NCBI GenBank assembly: GCA_017453205.1
Contig: JAFTKO010000012.1
Coordinates: forward strand, 3,530 to 67,529
From: Clostridia bacterium
GTDB taxonomy: Bacteria; Bacillota; Clostridia; Oscillospirales; CAG-272
DNA: 64,000 nucleotides
Reading direction: 5' to 3'
Of this stretch, positions 52,717 to 62,937 are shown piece after piece; position 1 is the first letter of the stretch, and each line of letters opens with the position of its first letter. Position numbers and translations under genes: made by a program. The notes under the pieces were generated by a model. It searched no databases, was not told the origin of the DNA, and saw only the letters and a list, made by a program, of their open reading frames with translations.

Positions 52717-55700
52717 ATGTTGAAAAAAATCTATCAAAAACTTGCGCTTGCGGCGGTGCTCCTGCTGACTGTGGCGGCAATGCTCGGCACGGTCATTCAA
52801 GCCGCATCCACTGACGTATATGTTGTGACCATTGATTACAAAACAAGCGAGTGCACGGTTACGGTTACGGTGGACGGCAAAGTGCTTTCCGCAAATGACG
52901 GAACTGCGGGAGAGTATCATATTCCCAAAAACCATGCCACGGTTTCTATTCAAATCATTCCCAAAATCGGCTATGAGGTTTCTGCATTGACCGATCGGGA
53001 GACCAACAAGGCGTTGGTTTCCTCCAATACCGACGGTGATACTTATGAGCCGATTTTGACCAAGGATATGAACTATTATGTGACCGGTACTGCAAAAAAC
53101 TATACCATCAAGGAAATTGCTGCTGCAGGTATGACACATACCGAGGTGTTTGGTACCATGGAGTATCAATACGATTCCGAAGAGACGGTCAGCCTTCCGA
53201 TACCGACACTGGAAGGGTACAATTTTACCGGTTGGAAGATCTATGACAATGCCGATGTTTCCTTTCAGCTCAGTACAATTACGGGCAATGCGGTCATCTT
53301 TCCCACCAGCAGTTATCCTACCGTAGGGGATGTTTTGTTTGCCGAGCCGATGTGGGTAGGAACGCCTCAGCCTGTGACGCGCCTTGACCTTGAGTACGGT
53401 TCGACGATCCCCGTCAACTACGGCAACAACGGTGTGGTATATACCACAACCTGGCAAGAGCCCAACGGTACAACGGGTATTACCGGTCTTGACGGAAATG
53501 ACACCGATGCCGATCTCAACAAAGCGGGGACTGTGAAAGCGACCTTTGATGAAGAAGGCTACAAGATGTATGTCGGTTATGAGCCTTTTGCCAAGTATGC
53601 CTCGAACTCCGAGTATTACTCGCAGCTTGCAAAGGTAAAAACCGATGCCGATGCCAATAAGATTTATCGCTACTATACCCCAATCACGTATATTTTGACT
53701 TACGAGGGAATCGGCGATACAAGCGCATATCCCAAAACACATGTATATAATACAGAAACATCGTTTGAAAAGCTTCAGCCCGAAAAGGTCGGTTATATTT
53801 TTGCCGGTTGGAAGGTCTATATCGTGAAAAACGATGAACGAGTTGATGTTACCTCACAAATCAACTCGGAAGTTACCGTGATTAAAAACCTTAAGCTGGA
53901 AGCCCGCGAGATGTGTCTTGCCGAGGGTAATACTGCCAACGAGATCATTCTTGAAGCTAACTGGACTCCCGAGACCTATGGCATCACCTACGATTGGGCA
54001 TGCACCGACACGGTTGAGTTTGATACCGACAAATATGGTGAGATCGTTTATGACAGTGTACTTGAGATTACAGAGTTGCCCGTGCGTGTTGGCTACAACT
54101 TTGAGGGATGGACATTAACAACCGCAGATGATAAGACCGAAACGATTTCGGTAGAGGACGGCAAAACCGTGATCTATGGAAAATACGCGTCGGATATTAC
54201 ACTGACAGCTGTTTGGTCTCCCAAAAAGTTTGCCGTTACCTTGGATGGCAACGGCGCCGACAGTACCGATCATACCGCGAGTATTGAGGCAACCTTTGAC
54301 GCGGCGCTGACACTTCCCACCGATTTTAAGGCGCCCTCGCGCGTGGGTCATACTTTCCTTGGATATTCGCTTGACAAAGACGGGACAACGCTTTATATCA
54401 AAGCCGATATCAATGAGGACGGGTCTGTAACGCTGACAAGCTTGGTAGACCAATGGAAGATCGATGAGGATACCACGCTTTACGCGCAATGGAGCGTCAA
54501 TTCCTACAAGGTAACTGTAGATATCGATACGGAAAACACCACCGTTACCATCATCGATGCCGATGAAAACGGCAGATATGATTACGGTGAGGAGATAACG
54601 ATCCGTATTGAGGTGCTCAACAAATACAAGCTGGTCAAGTGGGAGGGTGCTGCGGTCGATCACACCACGACCTACGAGTATAAGTTTACACTCGGTCCCG
54701 AAGATCGCACCTTGACGGGCGTGGTTTTGCCTGCCGAAACGGTTCCCGCGTTTGTGATCGATTATATCAAAGAAGTGATTACCACCGACACAGGGGTCAT
54801 TCGTGACGGTCATTATCTGATTACTTGCGACGGTGAGCAATCACTTGATGTGGTCGTTAATAAAGGAATGATCTCTGTCAATGGCGCCAATCCCAAATCT
54901 ACGCTTTCCATACCCGAGGCCTACTTTGGAAAAAACTTGAAGATTTTGGTTTACGGTGTGGACGGTAATACTGCGAACAGCGATGTGATCAGCCTAACCG
55001 TGGAAGCAAGGCCGGCAATGCCCGAAATGAACACCGCCACTGCCGAAATTAAGCACGTTTATCAGTATGAGGAGACGCAGATCGTAATCGAAATGACCGA
55101 TCTTTCGGCATTGAGTCAATATGAATTTGCTTGCTCCGAGAATGCCGACAGCACAGGTCTTACTTGGTGGAGCGTTGCAAATGCCGACGAACGCTATTTT
55201 GTGGTTTCCGAGGACGGGAAGGTCATGTTTGTCAATCTAAAGCCCGGTGCTTCCTATTATGTTTTTGTGCGTGTCAAGGCTGTAGAGGATGATCATGCCC
55301 ACGGTGTGGAGTTCCGTACAGATATTGACACCCACTCCGACAACACGTTGGAGGCAAAGAAGAACGCAATGCTCGATCTGATCACGGATACCGACGGCGA
55401 AATGGTCAAGGCATTGATCGATCAAGCCATCAAGGATGCAAACGAGCTTGTCAGTCCTTCGCCCGATTTCTACAACAACCTTGAAGCCATCTATAACCGA
55501 GTACTTGCGGGAATTGAGTTTGCAAGAACACAGGACGCGCGTATCGCGGAATTGAAAGCATTGCAAGACAGCTTGATCGCAAGCGGGGAATTTAGCAACG
55601 ACAATGTAAACCTCATCAACAATATTTGTGAGGCGGCGGTTCAGACCGTTAAGAATGCGACTGCGGTCGAAAATGTTCAAAGCGCATATGAGAGCGGCAT

Positions 55701-57312
55701 GTCGCAAATGAGAGCTGTTCCCGTCACGTATTTGGTTTACGGTGACATGGAGCTGACCGCAAAAGACGGACTCGATCAAGGAACCACGCTTTATCAGGAT
55801 CGCAACAGCAACATTGCCGATTTGACCAATGCGGTGGATACCGCTATCCAAACAGGAAAATTTGCTTATGGCGGCAGTGCGATGACACAAGCACAGGTTG
55901 CCGAGGCGCTCAAGTCTCTTGACGTGATGGCGGCATATCAAATGCGTCTGACCGATGCCCAAAATGTGACCGTAACGCCCGACGGTAAGTTTGTTATTCG
56001 TTTGCTCCTGCCCAATGAGCTGCGCAATGTGAGCGGCTTGCAGGTTGCTTACTACAATGAAAAGACCGGTGAGCTTGAGGTGTTGGACACCGAAAAGGAC
56101 GGCAACTGTGTGGTATTCTATGCTTCTCACATTGACGATTTTGTGATCCTCGGCGATCCCACTATGAATTTGACCGGATTTATTGTGGCGCTTGGATTGA
56201 TCCTTGCTTGCCAGTTGATCGGTATCATTTTGCTGTTGGCGCGCCGTGCAAAATATGCAAAGAGCGTTCGCCGTTACAGCTTGGCATTGCCCGCACTGCT
56301 GACCATTCGCTTCCTGCCCGATAACGGCATGACGATTTTGTTTGTACTGGGCGGATTGGTCGTGTTGTTCCAAATCGTCCTAATGTATCTCTTGCTTTCC
56401 TCTGAGGTGGTCTATCACCAAAAGCATAAGCGCCGCAACGAGAACAAGCAGGCGCCCGCCGAGGATGTTCCCGCGATGGCGGAACAGCTTGAGGAGAGCT
56501 ATAACGAGTCCTCTTACGGCGAAACGACTGTCGTGCTGACCGCTTTGCCCGAGGAACACGCGGAGGAAGAGGCGGATGAGGAGCTCGAGGATACAGAGGA
56601 TGACACGGATAGTGACCGTGCACTTTCCGAAGAGGACGCTGTCGAGCAGACCGAAGAGGATATGGAAATGTCCGATGAGGTGTATGAAGAAGCGGTAGCC
56701 GAGGATGCTGAGGCTTATGACGATTTCATCGAGCCTGCCGCAAATCCGCGCTATTCTTTGCCCGACGAGGCATTTGAAGGCTATGCCGTCAACGATGAGT
56801 TGACCGAGGAAGAGCTCCCCGCCGACGAAGAATATGCCGCCGACGAGACTTACACCGAGGACACCTCCGATGAAGTCGAGACAACCGCATGGGACTATGA
56901 TGACGAAGCCACAGCCGAGACCGAAGAGGGCTCCGAGTGGCAAGAGGAGTCTGCCGAATGGCAATATGACGAAAGCCCCGAAGACATCGAGGATGGTTCG
57001 ACACAGGCGTTTGACACCGAGACTTACGACACCGAAGCATATGCTGAGAACGGGGAGTATATACAAACCGAGGAGGTCTATTCCGAGGACGGTGAGTACG
57101 CCGAGACCGAGGAAGTCTATGCCGAGGATGGTGCATATTCCGAAGCGGAGGACGTTGAAGCATATGCCGAAGCCGATGTCTACGACGAGAATTCCGAGTA
57201 TGATGAAAATGCGGTATACGATGAAAATGCCGTATATGACGAGACCGAGGAAATTCCAGCCGACACCGACGAGGACGAAGAGCCCAAACCATATGACGGT
57301 TACGAAGAATAA
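52717..57312 (+). CDS. Large cell-surface protein with InlB B-repeat-like domains, membrane module and very acidic C-terminal tail
   Basis: Signal peptide; repeated P.(L/K/R).GY.F.GW motifs; helical region; TM module near aa 1150-1235; E/D/Y-rich tail. Confidence 0.85.
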   Translation: MLKKIYQKLALAAVLLLTVAAMLGTVIQAASTDVYVVTIDYKTSECTVTVTVDGKVLSANDGTAGEYHIPKNHATVSIQIIPKIGYEVSALTDRETNKALVSSNTDGDTYEPILTKDMNYYVTGTAKNYTIKEIAAAGMTHTEVFGTMEYQYDSEETVSLPIPTLEGYNFTGWKIYDNADVSFQLSTITGNAVIFPTSSYPTVGDVLFAEPMWVGTPQPVTRLDLEYGSTIPVNYGNNGVVYTTTWQEPNGTTGITGLDGNDTDADLNKAGTVKATFDEEGYKMYVGYEPFAKYASNSEYYSQLAKVKTDADANKIYRYYTPITYILTYEGIGDTSAYPKTHVYNTETSFEKLQPEKVGYIFAGWKVYIVKNDERVDVTSQINSEVTVIKNLKLEAREMCLAEGNTANEIILEANWTPETYGITYDWACTDTVEFDTDKYGEIVYDSVLEITELPVRVGYNFEGWTLTTADDKTETISVEDGKTVIYGKYASDITLTAVWSPKKFAVTLDGNGADSTDHTASIEATFDAALTLPTDFKAPSRVGHTFLGYSLDKDGTTLYIKADINEDGSVTLTSLVDQWKIDEDTTLYAQWSVNSYKVTVDIDTENTTVTIIDADENGRYDYGEEITIRIEVLNKYKLVKWEGAAVDHTTTYEYKFTLGPEDRTLTGVVLPAETVPAFVIDYIKEVITTDTGVIRDGHYLITCDGEQSLDVVVNKGMISVNGANPKSTLSIPEAYFGKNLKILVYGVDGNTANSDVISLTVEARPAMPEMNTATAEIKHVYQYEETQIVIEMTDLSALSQYEFACSENADSTGLTWWSVANADERYFVVSEDGKVMFVNLKPGASYYVFVRVKAVEDDHAHGVEFRTDIDTHSDNTLEAKKNAMLDLITDTDGEMVKALIDQAIKDANELVSPSPDFYNNLEAIYNRVLAGIEFARTQDARIAELKALQDSLIASGEFSNDNVNLINNICEAAVQTVKNATAVENVQSAYESGMSQMRAVPVTYLVYGDMELTAKDGLDQGTTLYQDRNSNIADLTNAVDTAIQTGKFAYGGSAMTQAQVAEALKSLDVMAAYQMRLTDAQNVTVTPDGKFVIRLLLPNELRNVSGLQVAYYNEKTGELEVLDTEKDGNCVVFYASHIDDFVILGDPTMNLTGFIVALGLILACQLIGIILLLARRAKYAKSVRRYSLALPALLTIRFLPDNGMTILFVLGGLVVLFQIVLMYLLLSSEVVYHQKHKRRNENKQAPAEDVPAMAEQLEESYNESSYGETTVVLTALPEEHAEEEADEELEDTEDDTDSDRALSEEDAVEQTEEDMEMSDEVYEEAVAEDAEAYDDFIEPAANPRYSLPDEAFEGYAVNDELTEEELPADEEYAADETYTEDTSDEVETTAWDYDDEATAETEEGSEWQEESAEWQYDESPEDIEDGSTQAFDTETYDTEAYAENGEYIQTEEVYSEDGEYAETEEVYAEDGAYSEAEDVEAYAEADVYDENSEYDENAVYDENAVYDETEEIPADTDEDEEPKPYDGYEE

Positions 57313-57326
57313 CTGTGAATATTAAA

Positions 57327-57647
57327 TTTAGGGGGAAGAAAAGCTTCATGTAAGAGCTTTTCTTCCCCCTTGAGATTGTAGAAAACTAACGAGTTTCGTC
57401 AGTTTGCTGAAAGTTTTGGTCGAGCTTTTTCAAAAGCTCGCGCAGTGGAGGGCGCGGAGCCCTCCTCGCGCTCCGCAGAGCGCGAAATCACTTCTTCGGC
57501 GCTTTCTTTTTGCAAGCTTTTTCTTTGCGCCTATATGGTCAAAGAAAAAGCGACTAAAGGCTTTGTGCAATTTGACATTTTTGTACCTTTGGTCTACACT
57601 CTGAGGGGGAAGAAAAGCTCTTACATGAAGCTTTTCTTCCCCCTAAA
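57327..57647. mobile_element. MITE-like non-coding element with 44-bp perfect terminal inverted repeats enclosing family B copy 2
   Basis: 57327-57370 is the exact reverse complement of 57604-57647; interior 57410-57577 matches 38528-38696. Confidence 0.6.
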
Positions 57648-57675
57648 AATATGATCATGTTACATAAAAATATTA

Positions 57676-58347
57676 TCAGATCACATAAAAGAAAATGCAG
57701 ATGAATTGCATGATACTGCCTGCTACCACGAACAGGTGAAAGACCGAGTGCATGTAGCGGTGCTTTTTGCCAATGCCATAGAGTACGGCTCCCACGGTGT
57801 AGGAAATACCGCCGGCAAGGCACCAAAGCAGTCCGGGGAGCGGGATCGCCTCTATGGCGGTCTTTGCCGCAAGCAGAATGCTCCAACCCATGCCGATATA
57901 ACAGATCATCGAAAGCTTGGAATATTTTTTCAGATCGATCGCTGTCAGCGTTGCTGCCATTGCCGCAAGTCCCCAAACGATGCCAAAGAGTACCCACGCC
58001 CAAGCGGGGGAGACGGGGCGGATTGAACAAAAGAGAATGGGAGTATAGGTACCGCCGATGAGGAAGTAAATGGTGCAATGGTCAATGACTTGCATCACCT
58101 TTTTGCCCATGCCGGGGCGGAGCCCATGGTAGATACTGGACGCAGTATAGAGCAGAATAAGCGATGCACCGTAGATCGCACTTCCCACCACGCCCCAAGC
58201 GTTGTGATGCAGTGCCGAAAAAACAACGCACAGTACCAGTGCCACGACGCCGAGCCCGCCGCCCACAATGTGTGAGATCATGTTCATGCGTTCCTCGGCG
58301 GTGGTGTAGGTCGGCAAAATGCGGTCGGCTAATTTGGTTCTTTTCAT
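57676..58347 (-). CDS. Hemolysin III / PAQR-family membrane protein
   Basis: EERMNMISH, SSIYH, DHCTIYFLIGGTYTP, HSVFHLFV. Confidence 0.93.
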   Translation of the reverse strand: MKRTKLADRILPTYTTAEERMNMISHIVGGGLGVVALVLCVVFSALHHNAWGVVGSAIYGASLILLYTASSIYHGLRPGMGKKVMQVIDHCTIYFLIGGTYTPILFCSIRPVSPAWAWVLFGIVWGLAAMAATLTAIDLKKYSKLSMICYIGMGWSILLAAKTAIEAIPLPGLLWCLAGGISYTVGAVLYGIGKKHRYMHSVFHLFVVAGSIMQFICIFFYVI

Positions 58348-58528
58348 ATTCAGCTCCTTATCAAAAAACGCAAGATGTGGTTTGTAATACTATATTATCA
58401 CATTTTTATTATTATGTCAATAGGAGACGGAAAATATTCACAACATATTAAAAAACTTTTGAAAAGCGTAAGACTTTTTACGATTGGTTTTCTACGATTT
58501 CTAAAAATGAGATGATTGTGCAGAATTT

Positions 58529-58559
58529 AAAAACCGCCCCACTTTGCGTGGAGCGGCTT
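58529..58559 (-). terminator. Terminator after LRR gene
   Basis: aaaaaccgccccac...gtggagcgg hairpin with U-tail on minus strand. Confidence 0.65.
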
Positions 58560-58572
58560 AATTATTCAAAAA

Positions 58573-60537
58573 TTATTCCCAAATGGTAGGAACACCATCA
58601 ACATAGTGCCAATAGTTACCGTTTTCTGCCGGTTGAGTTTCGGAATAAAAATACACTGTTGCTCTTTTCAATATAGAGCTTTCTTCACTGATACTAATGG
58701 CTGACCATTCTATTTCTTCACCTGTGTAATATACTTCTTTTATTTCATTGCAAAGATAAAAGGTTTGTTGCAGAACCGAGATAATGCTAACAGGCAGAAC
58801 TATTTTTTCCAGTTTACTACAGCCGCGAAATGAGTTGTATATGCTTTCAACAGTATCTGGAATAATTATCTCTGTTATATTCATTTCATAAAAGGCATAC
58901 CACCCTGTGTTTATAAGTCCTTTAGGAAGGTCAATTTGTTTAACAGATGTACAGTAATAAAAGGCATAGTTCCCTATATACTTAGTGTTTGGGGAAAGGA
59001 TGATTTCTTCAAGATTATCACAATTATAGCAAATATAGTTAGGAATTTTCGTTAAATTTTCGCCAAACACAATTTTTTTGATTCCTTCATTTTTTATAAA
59101 TGTTCCACCCTCGGGAGGAGCATATGAAGAATCATAATATACAGTCGTAAGAGATTCACAACCTAAAAATATTTGGGAGCCTATGTGTGTTACATTGGCA
59201 GGGATTCTTATTTCTGTAATGCCAACACACTTATAAAAAGCTTTGTTTGCAATATCTGTTACTGTTTTGGAAATATATATGTTCTTTATATGAGCAAGGT
59301 TTTCAAAAACTTTTTCTCCGATCGCGGTTACTTTGTATCCGTCGATATATGCTGGGATGTAGATATCTTCATCTTCACAGGTTCCTATTCCTATTATCGT
59401 ACAAGTTGTGGCATCATCATTTACTTTGTACGCAAGTCCGGTAGATCCTATCGCATCTGTATATGAATCAATATAGTTGTCACCACAAACCGTACAAATA
59501 TGTGTAGTATATCCGTCCTCTGTTTTGGTCGGTTCGGTTATAACGCTTTCGTACTTATGCAAAGAGTCATAATCATATGTATATGTACCACTCGACACAT
59601 CGTAATAGCAAGAGAAGCCATACCCCGTTGTTGTATCTATATTTATAAAAATTGTGTGATACAAACCGGACATCAAATATACTGTTTGAGTTGTACTCCA
59701 ACTTCCATCATAACTTACATAGGTCTCAGGATAAATACTTGATATGTTTGACCCATATATGTCATGAACCACAACAACTGCGTTAGCATCAAGGTGCTCA
59801 CTACCACAGCCTATGATATTAACTGTTAACGAATATATGTAGCAGTACCCTCCATTAACATATGCACTTCCAATGGAGGTAAGCGATATGGAACAAGACA
59901 TGTTATCCCAACTTGTAGTTTTGCTATATGTACATTTTTTGCACTTGTATTCATCGTATCCATTTTCCAAACAAGTGGTAGGGCAAGATGTGATATAAAT
60001 TGAATGTCCGGTAGCAACGATGGTATCTGTCTTAATAGTTGCCGAGCATACGGAGCAGACTTGGTGCTTACTTCCGTCCTCGGTACAGTTAGCTTCTTTG
60101 TCGGTAATCCACTCGCCGTCGGTGTGGCTGGCAGGAATGTTATTTTGTGCTATGAGAGTTTCGGAACACCGAGAGCAATGCTTGCCCTCGGTTTTACCAT
60201 CTGTGGTACAGGTAGCCGCTACGGCATTGTCGATAACCTCAACGTGACCAAGAGCACCAATTTTCTGCGTTTCCTTTTCACCGCAAGAACAAGAGCGTTC
60301 TTTTTCGCCCTCATCGATGCAAGTTGCGTCCTTGACAGTTTCCCATTCACCAAAAGTGTGAATATGGGTATTAGGTTCTTTTGTTTCATCCGTTGTGTGC
60401 TCTCCGTCAGTATCGGATGGTTGCTGTGTAGATTGCTCATTGCCGATAGATGGCTGATCTGTTCCGTTATCACAAGCAGAAAAAGCGAATACACAAACCA
60501 ACATCAAAATAAGTGCAAGCCATAAAGAATTTTTCAT
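58573..60537 (-). CDS. BspA/TpLRR leucine-rich-repeat lipoprotein with Cys/His repeats
   Basis: Lipobox FSAC; ATC...G...C..C repeats; [12 protein letters not shown]-type LRRs; visibly AT-rich. Confidence 0.88.
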   Translation of the reverse strand: MKNSLWLALILMLVCVFAFSACDNGTDQPSIGNEQSTQQPSDTDGEHTTDETKEPNTHIHTFGEWETVKDATCIDEGEKERSCSCGEKETQKIGALGHVEVIDNAVAATCTTDGKTEGKHCSRCSETLIAQNNIPASHTDGEWITDKEANCTEDGSKHQVCSVCSATIKTDTIVATGHSIYITSCPTTCLENGYDEYKCKKCTYSKTTSWDNMSCSISLTSIGSAYVNGGYCYIYSLTVNIIGCGSEHLDANAVVVVHDIYGSNISSIYPETYVSYDGSWSTTQTVYLMSGLYHTIFINIDTTTGYGFSCYYDVSSGTYTYDYDSLHKYESVITEPTKTEDGYTTHICTVCGDNYIDSYTDAIGSTGLAYKVNDDATTCTIIGIGTCEDEDIYIPAYIDGYKVTAIGEKVFENLAHIKNIYISKTVTDIANKAFYKCVGITEIRIPANVTHIGSQIFLGCESLTTVYYDSSYAPPEGGTFIKNEGIKKIVFGENLTKIPNYICYNCDNLEEIILSPNTKYIGNYAFYYCTSVKQIDLPKGLINTGWYAFYEMNITEIIIPDTVESIYNSFRGCSKLEKIVLPVSIISVLQQTFYLCNEIKEVYYTGEEIEWSAISISEESSILKRATVYFYSETQPAENGNYWHYVDGVPTIWE

Positions 60538-60551
60538 CGTCTTTTCCTCCA

Positions 60552-60752
60552 AGATAAAAAAGGTGTACCCCAATCAAGAGATACACCGAAAAACGCATCT
60601 TCGATTGTTGCTACACGAATCGACACCACATTACGAGAAATGCAGAAAATGAGCATGCGTTTTTACCAAAAAAATAAAAACACATCCTCGTAAAAGGTGT
60701 TATGCAATTCGTGTAGCATGATTATTATATCATACTTTTTATAATTTTGCAA
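60552..60752 (-). promoter_or_regulatory. Promoter plus long structured leader with intrinsic terminator ahead of LRR gene
   Basis: TTGCAA-17-TATAAT (60752-60724); 12-bp stem 60609-60620/60707-60718; terminator ggtgtatctc...gggtacaccttttt just before RBS ggagg. Confidence 0.65.
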
Positions 60753-60817
60753 GTAGTTTTCCCTAAATAGACGCGGTAACAGCATTTACTTTTTTAGTAA
60801 TGAGATTGAGATCCAAT

Positions 60818-61005
60818 GTAACCATGTGGACCATTTTGGGTGGTGGTACCAAAATGGTAGCGGGAGCTATTGTTTAGAAACGCGAACAAACATTCCCATG
60901 CCGTCAGAAAACTACCGAAGAAGCACAGGCATCCCCATGATAGCAAAATAGAAATACGTTAAAAGTTTTGAGGGGTGTGGGGAACTTTTTCAAAAGTTCC
61001 CCACA
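60818..61005. repeat. Dispersed structured repeat, family C, copy 2
   Basis: Colinear with 23449-23640. Confidence 0.75.
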
Positions 61006-61093
61006 AAAAACAATCTAAAATTAAATGTTGCTGCCGTGCCTAAATAGTGCTGCTTACAATCACCTGTGTTGACAAAAAAGTGCAAATGATCGT

Positions 61094-61124
61094 AAAAAAA
61101 GCTCCCGAACCGAAGTTCGAGAGC
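61094..61124 (-). terminator. Terminator after GGGtGRT gene
   Basis: gctcccgaac-cgaa-gttcgagagc hairpin with A-run (U-tail on minus strand). Confidence 0.7.
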
Positions 61125-61155
61125 CTAAAAAATAGTTGAAAAACTTTATTTGTGA

Positions 61156-62166
61156 TTACTTCAGTGCCTCTTCAATCGCAACAGCCACAGCAACCGTCAT
61201 ACCAACCATGGGGTTGTTACCTGCGCCGATGAGACCCATCATTTCTACGTGAGCGGGAACCGAGGAGGAGCCTGCGAACTGCGCGTCGGAGTGCATACGG
61301 CCCATGGTGTCGGTCATACCGTAGGAGGAAGGACCTGCAGCCATGTTATCGGGATGGAGGGTACGACCCGTACCGCCGCCCGATGCAACCGAGAAGTACT
61401 TCACGCCGTTCTCTTGGCACCACTTTTTGTAGGTACCTGCAACGGGGTGCTGGAAGCGAGTGGGGTTGGTGGAGTTACCGGTGATCGAAACGCCGACATT
61501 CTCCAGCTTCATGATGGCAACGCCCTCGGGAACATTGTCGGAGCCGTAGCAGTTGACCTTTGCACGGGGACCGTTGGAGAAGGACTTTCTCTCAACGACC
61601 TTCACGGTCTCGGAGTAAGGATCGAACTCGGTTTTGCAGTAGGTAAAGCCGTTGATACGGGAGATGATGTATGCGGCATCCTTGCCCAAGCCGTTCAGAA
61701 TGACACGGAGGGGCTTGACACGCACCTTGTTTGCGTTCAAAGCGATCTTGATGGCGCCCTCTGCTGCCGCAAAGGACTCGTGACCTGCCAAGAAGCAGAA
61801 GCACTCGGTCTCCTCGGAGAGGAGCATTTTACCGAGGTTACCGTGACCCAAACCAACCTGACGGTTCTCCGCAACGGAACCGGGAATGCAGAAGCTTTGC
61901 AGACCGATACCGATGTTTGCAGCGGCGGTTGCGGCGGTCTTGTCGCCGGTTCTTTCTGCCTCTTTGAGTGCGATGGCTGCGCCTACGGTGTAAGCCCATT
62001 TTGCGTTCTCAAAGCAGATCGGCTGTGTTTCCTGTACGATGGTGTAGGGATCAATGCCTACCTTATCGCAGATCTCCTTACATTCATCGATGGAGGAGAT
62101 ACCGTATTTTTTCAGAGCCTCGAGGATCTTCGCCTCGCGTCTCTCATATCCTTCAAATTGTGCCAT
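61156..62166 (-). CDS. GGGtGRT-family protein
   Basis: SVASGGGTGRTLHPDN signature; FLAGHESFAAAEGA. Confidence 0.93.
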   Translation of the reverse strand: MAQFEGYERREAKILEALKKYGISSIDECKEICDKVGIDPYTIVQETQPICFENAKWAYTVGAAIALKEAERTGDKTAATAAANIGIGLQSFCIPGSVAENRQVGLGHGNLGKMLLSEETECFCFLAGHESFAAAEGAIKIALNANKVRVKPLRVILNGLGKDAAYIISRINGFTYCKTEFDPYSETVKVVERKSFSNGPRAKVNCYGSDNVPEGVAIMKLENVGVSITGNSTNPTRFQHPVAGTYKKWCQENGVKYFSVASGGGTGRTLHPDNMAAGPSSYGMTDTMGRMHSDAQFAGSSSVPAHVEMMGLIGAGNNPMVGMTVAVAVAIEEALK

Positions 62167-62180
62167 TTGTTTGTACCTCC

Positions 62181-62906
62181 TTAGTCCTTGCGGGGATCAA
62201 TGTACTTCACAGCACCGTCTTCTTCGGTGAAGCGACCGTAATGTCCCTTGGATTTTTCATATGCTTCGTTGGGCTCCATACCCTTCTTGATAAAGTCGGT
62301 CATCTTGCCCAAAGAAACGAACTCATAACCAATCACCTCGTCGTTTGCGTCCAACGCCATGCGAGTGCAGTAGCCCTCGGTCATCTCCAGATAGCGAACG
62401 CCCTTTTCCTTGGTGCCGTACATGGTACCAACCATGCTGCGTGCACCCTTGCCGAGGTCCTCAAGACCCGCACCGATGACCAAGCCGCCTTCGGAGAACG
62501 CGGACTGGCTGCGTCCGTAAACGATTTGCAGGAACAGCTCTCTCATTGCGGTGTTGATGGCATCGCAAACGAGGTCGGTGTTCAGTGCCTCGAGAATGGT
62601 CTTGCCGGGAAGGATCTCTGCTGCCATAGCGGCGGAGTGCGTCATACCCGAACATCCGATGGTCTCAACCAAAGCTTCCTCGATGATGCCGTTTTTGACA
62701 TTCAAAGAAAGTTTGCAGGCACCCTGCTGCGGTGCGCACCAACCCACACCGTGGGTGTATGCGGAAATATCGGTGATTTGTTTTGCCTGAATCCACTTGC
62801 CTTCTTCGGGCAGGGGAGCAGGACCATGGTCGCAACCCTTTTTCACAACGCACTGATGTTGAACTTCAGTGCTCATTGCGTAGGGGCAATTGCTTACGTT
62901 GCTCAT
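62181..62906 (-). CDS. NifU/IscU-like Fe-S scaffold-domain protein paired with GGGtGRT
   Basis: GWCAPQQGACKL, ETIGCSGMTHS, DLVCDAIN conserved Cys. Confidence 0.82.
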   Translation of the reverse strand: MSNVSNCPYAMSTEVQHQCVVKKGCDHGPAPLPEEGKWIQAKQITDISAYTHGVGWCAPQQGACKLSLNVKNGIIEEALVETIGCSGMTHSAAMAAEILPGKTILEALNTDLVCDAINTAMRELFLQIVYGRSQSAFSEGGLVIGAGLEDLGKGARSMVGTMYGTKEKGVRYLEMTEGYCTRMALDANDEVIGYEFVSLGKMTDFIKKGMEPNEAYEKSKGHYGRFTEEDGAVKYIDPRKD

Positions 62907-62937
62907 TGTTTTATCTCCTTTTTATTTTTTAACTGTA

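Noticed and set aside
58573-58590. LRR gene end (ccatttgggaataa) resembles the guaA end (ccattgagtgggaataa) as a possible att duplicate
   Set aside because: Short, inverted in orientation and explained by both proteins ending in WE-stop; the intervening 30 kb is housekeeping DNA.
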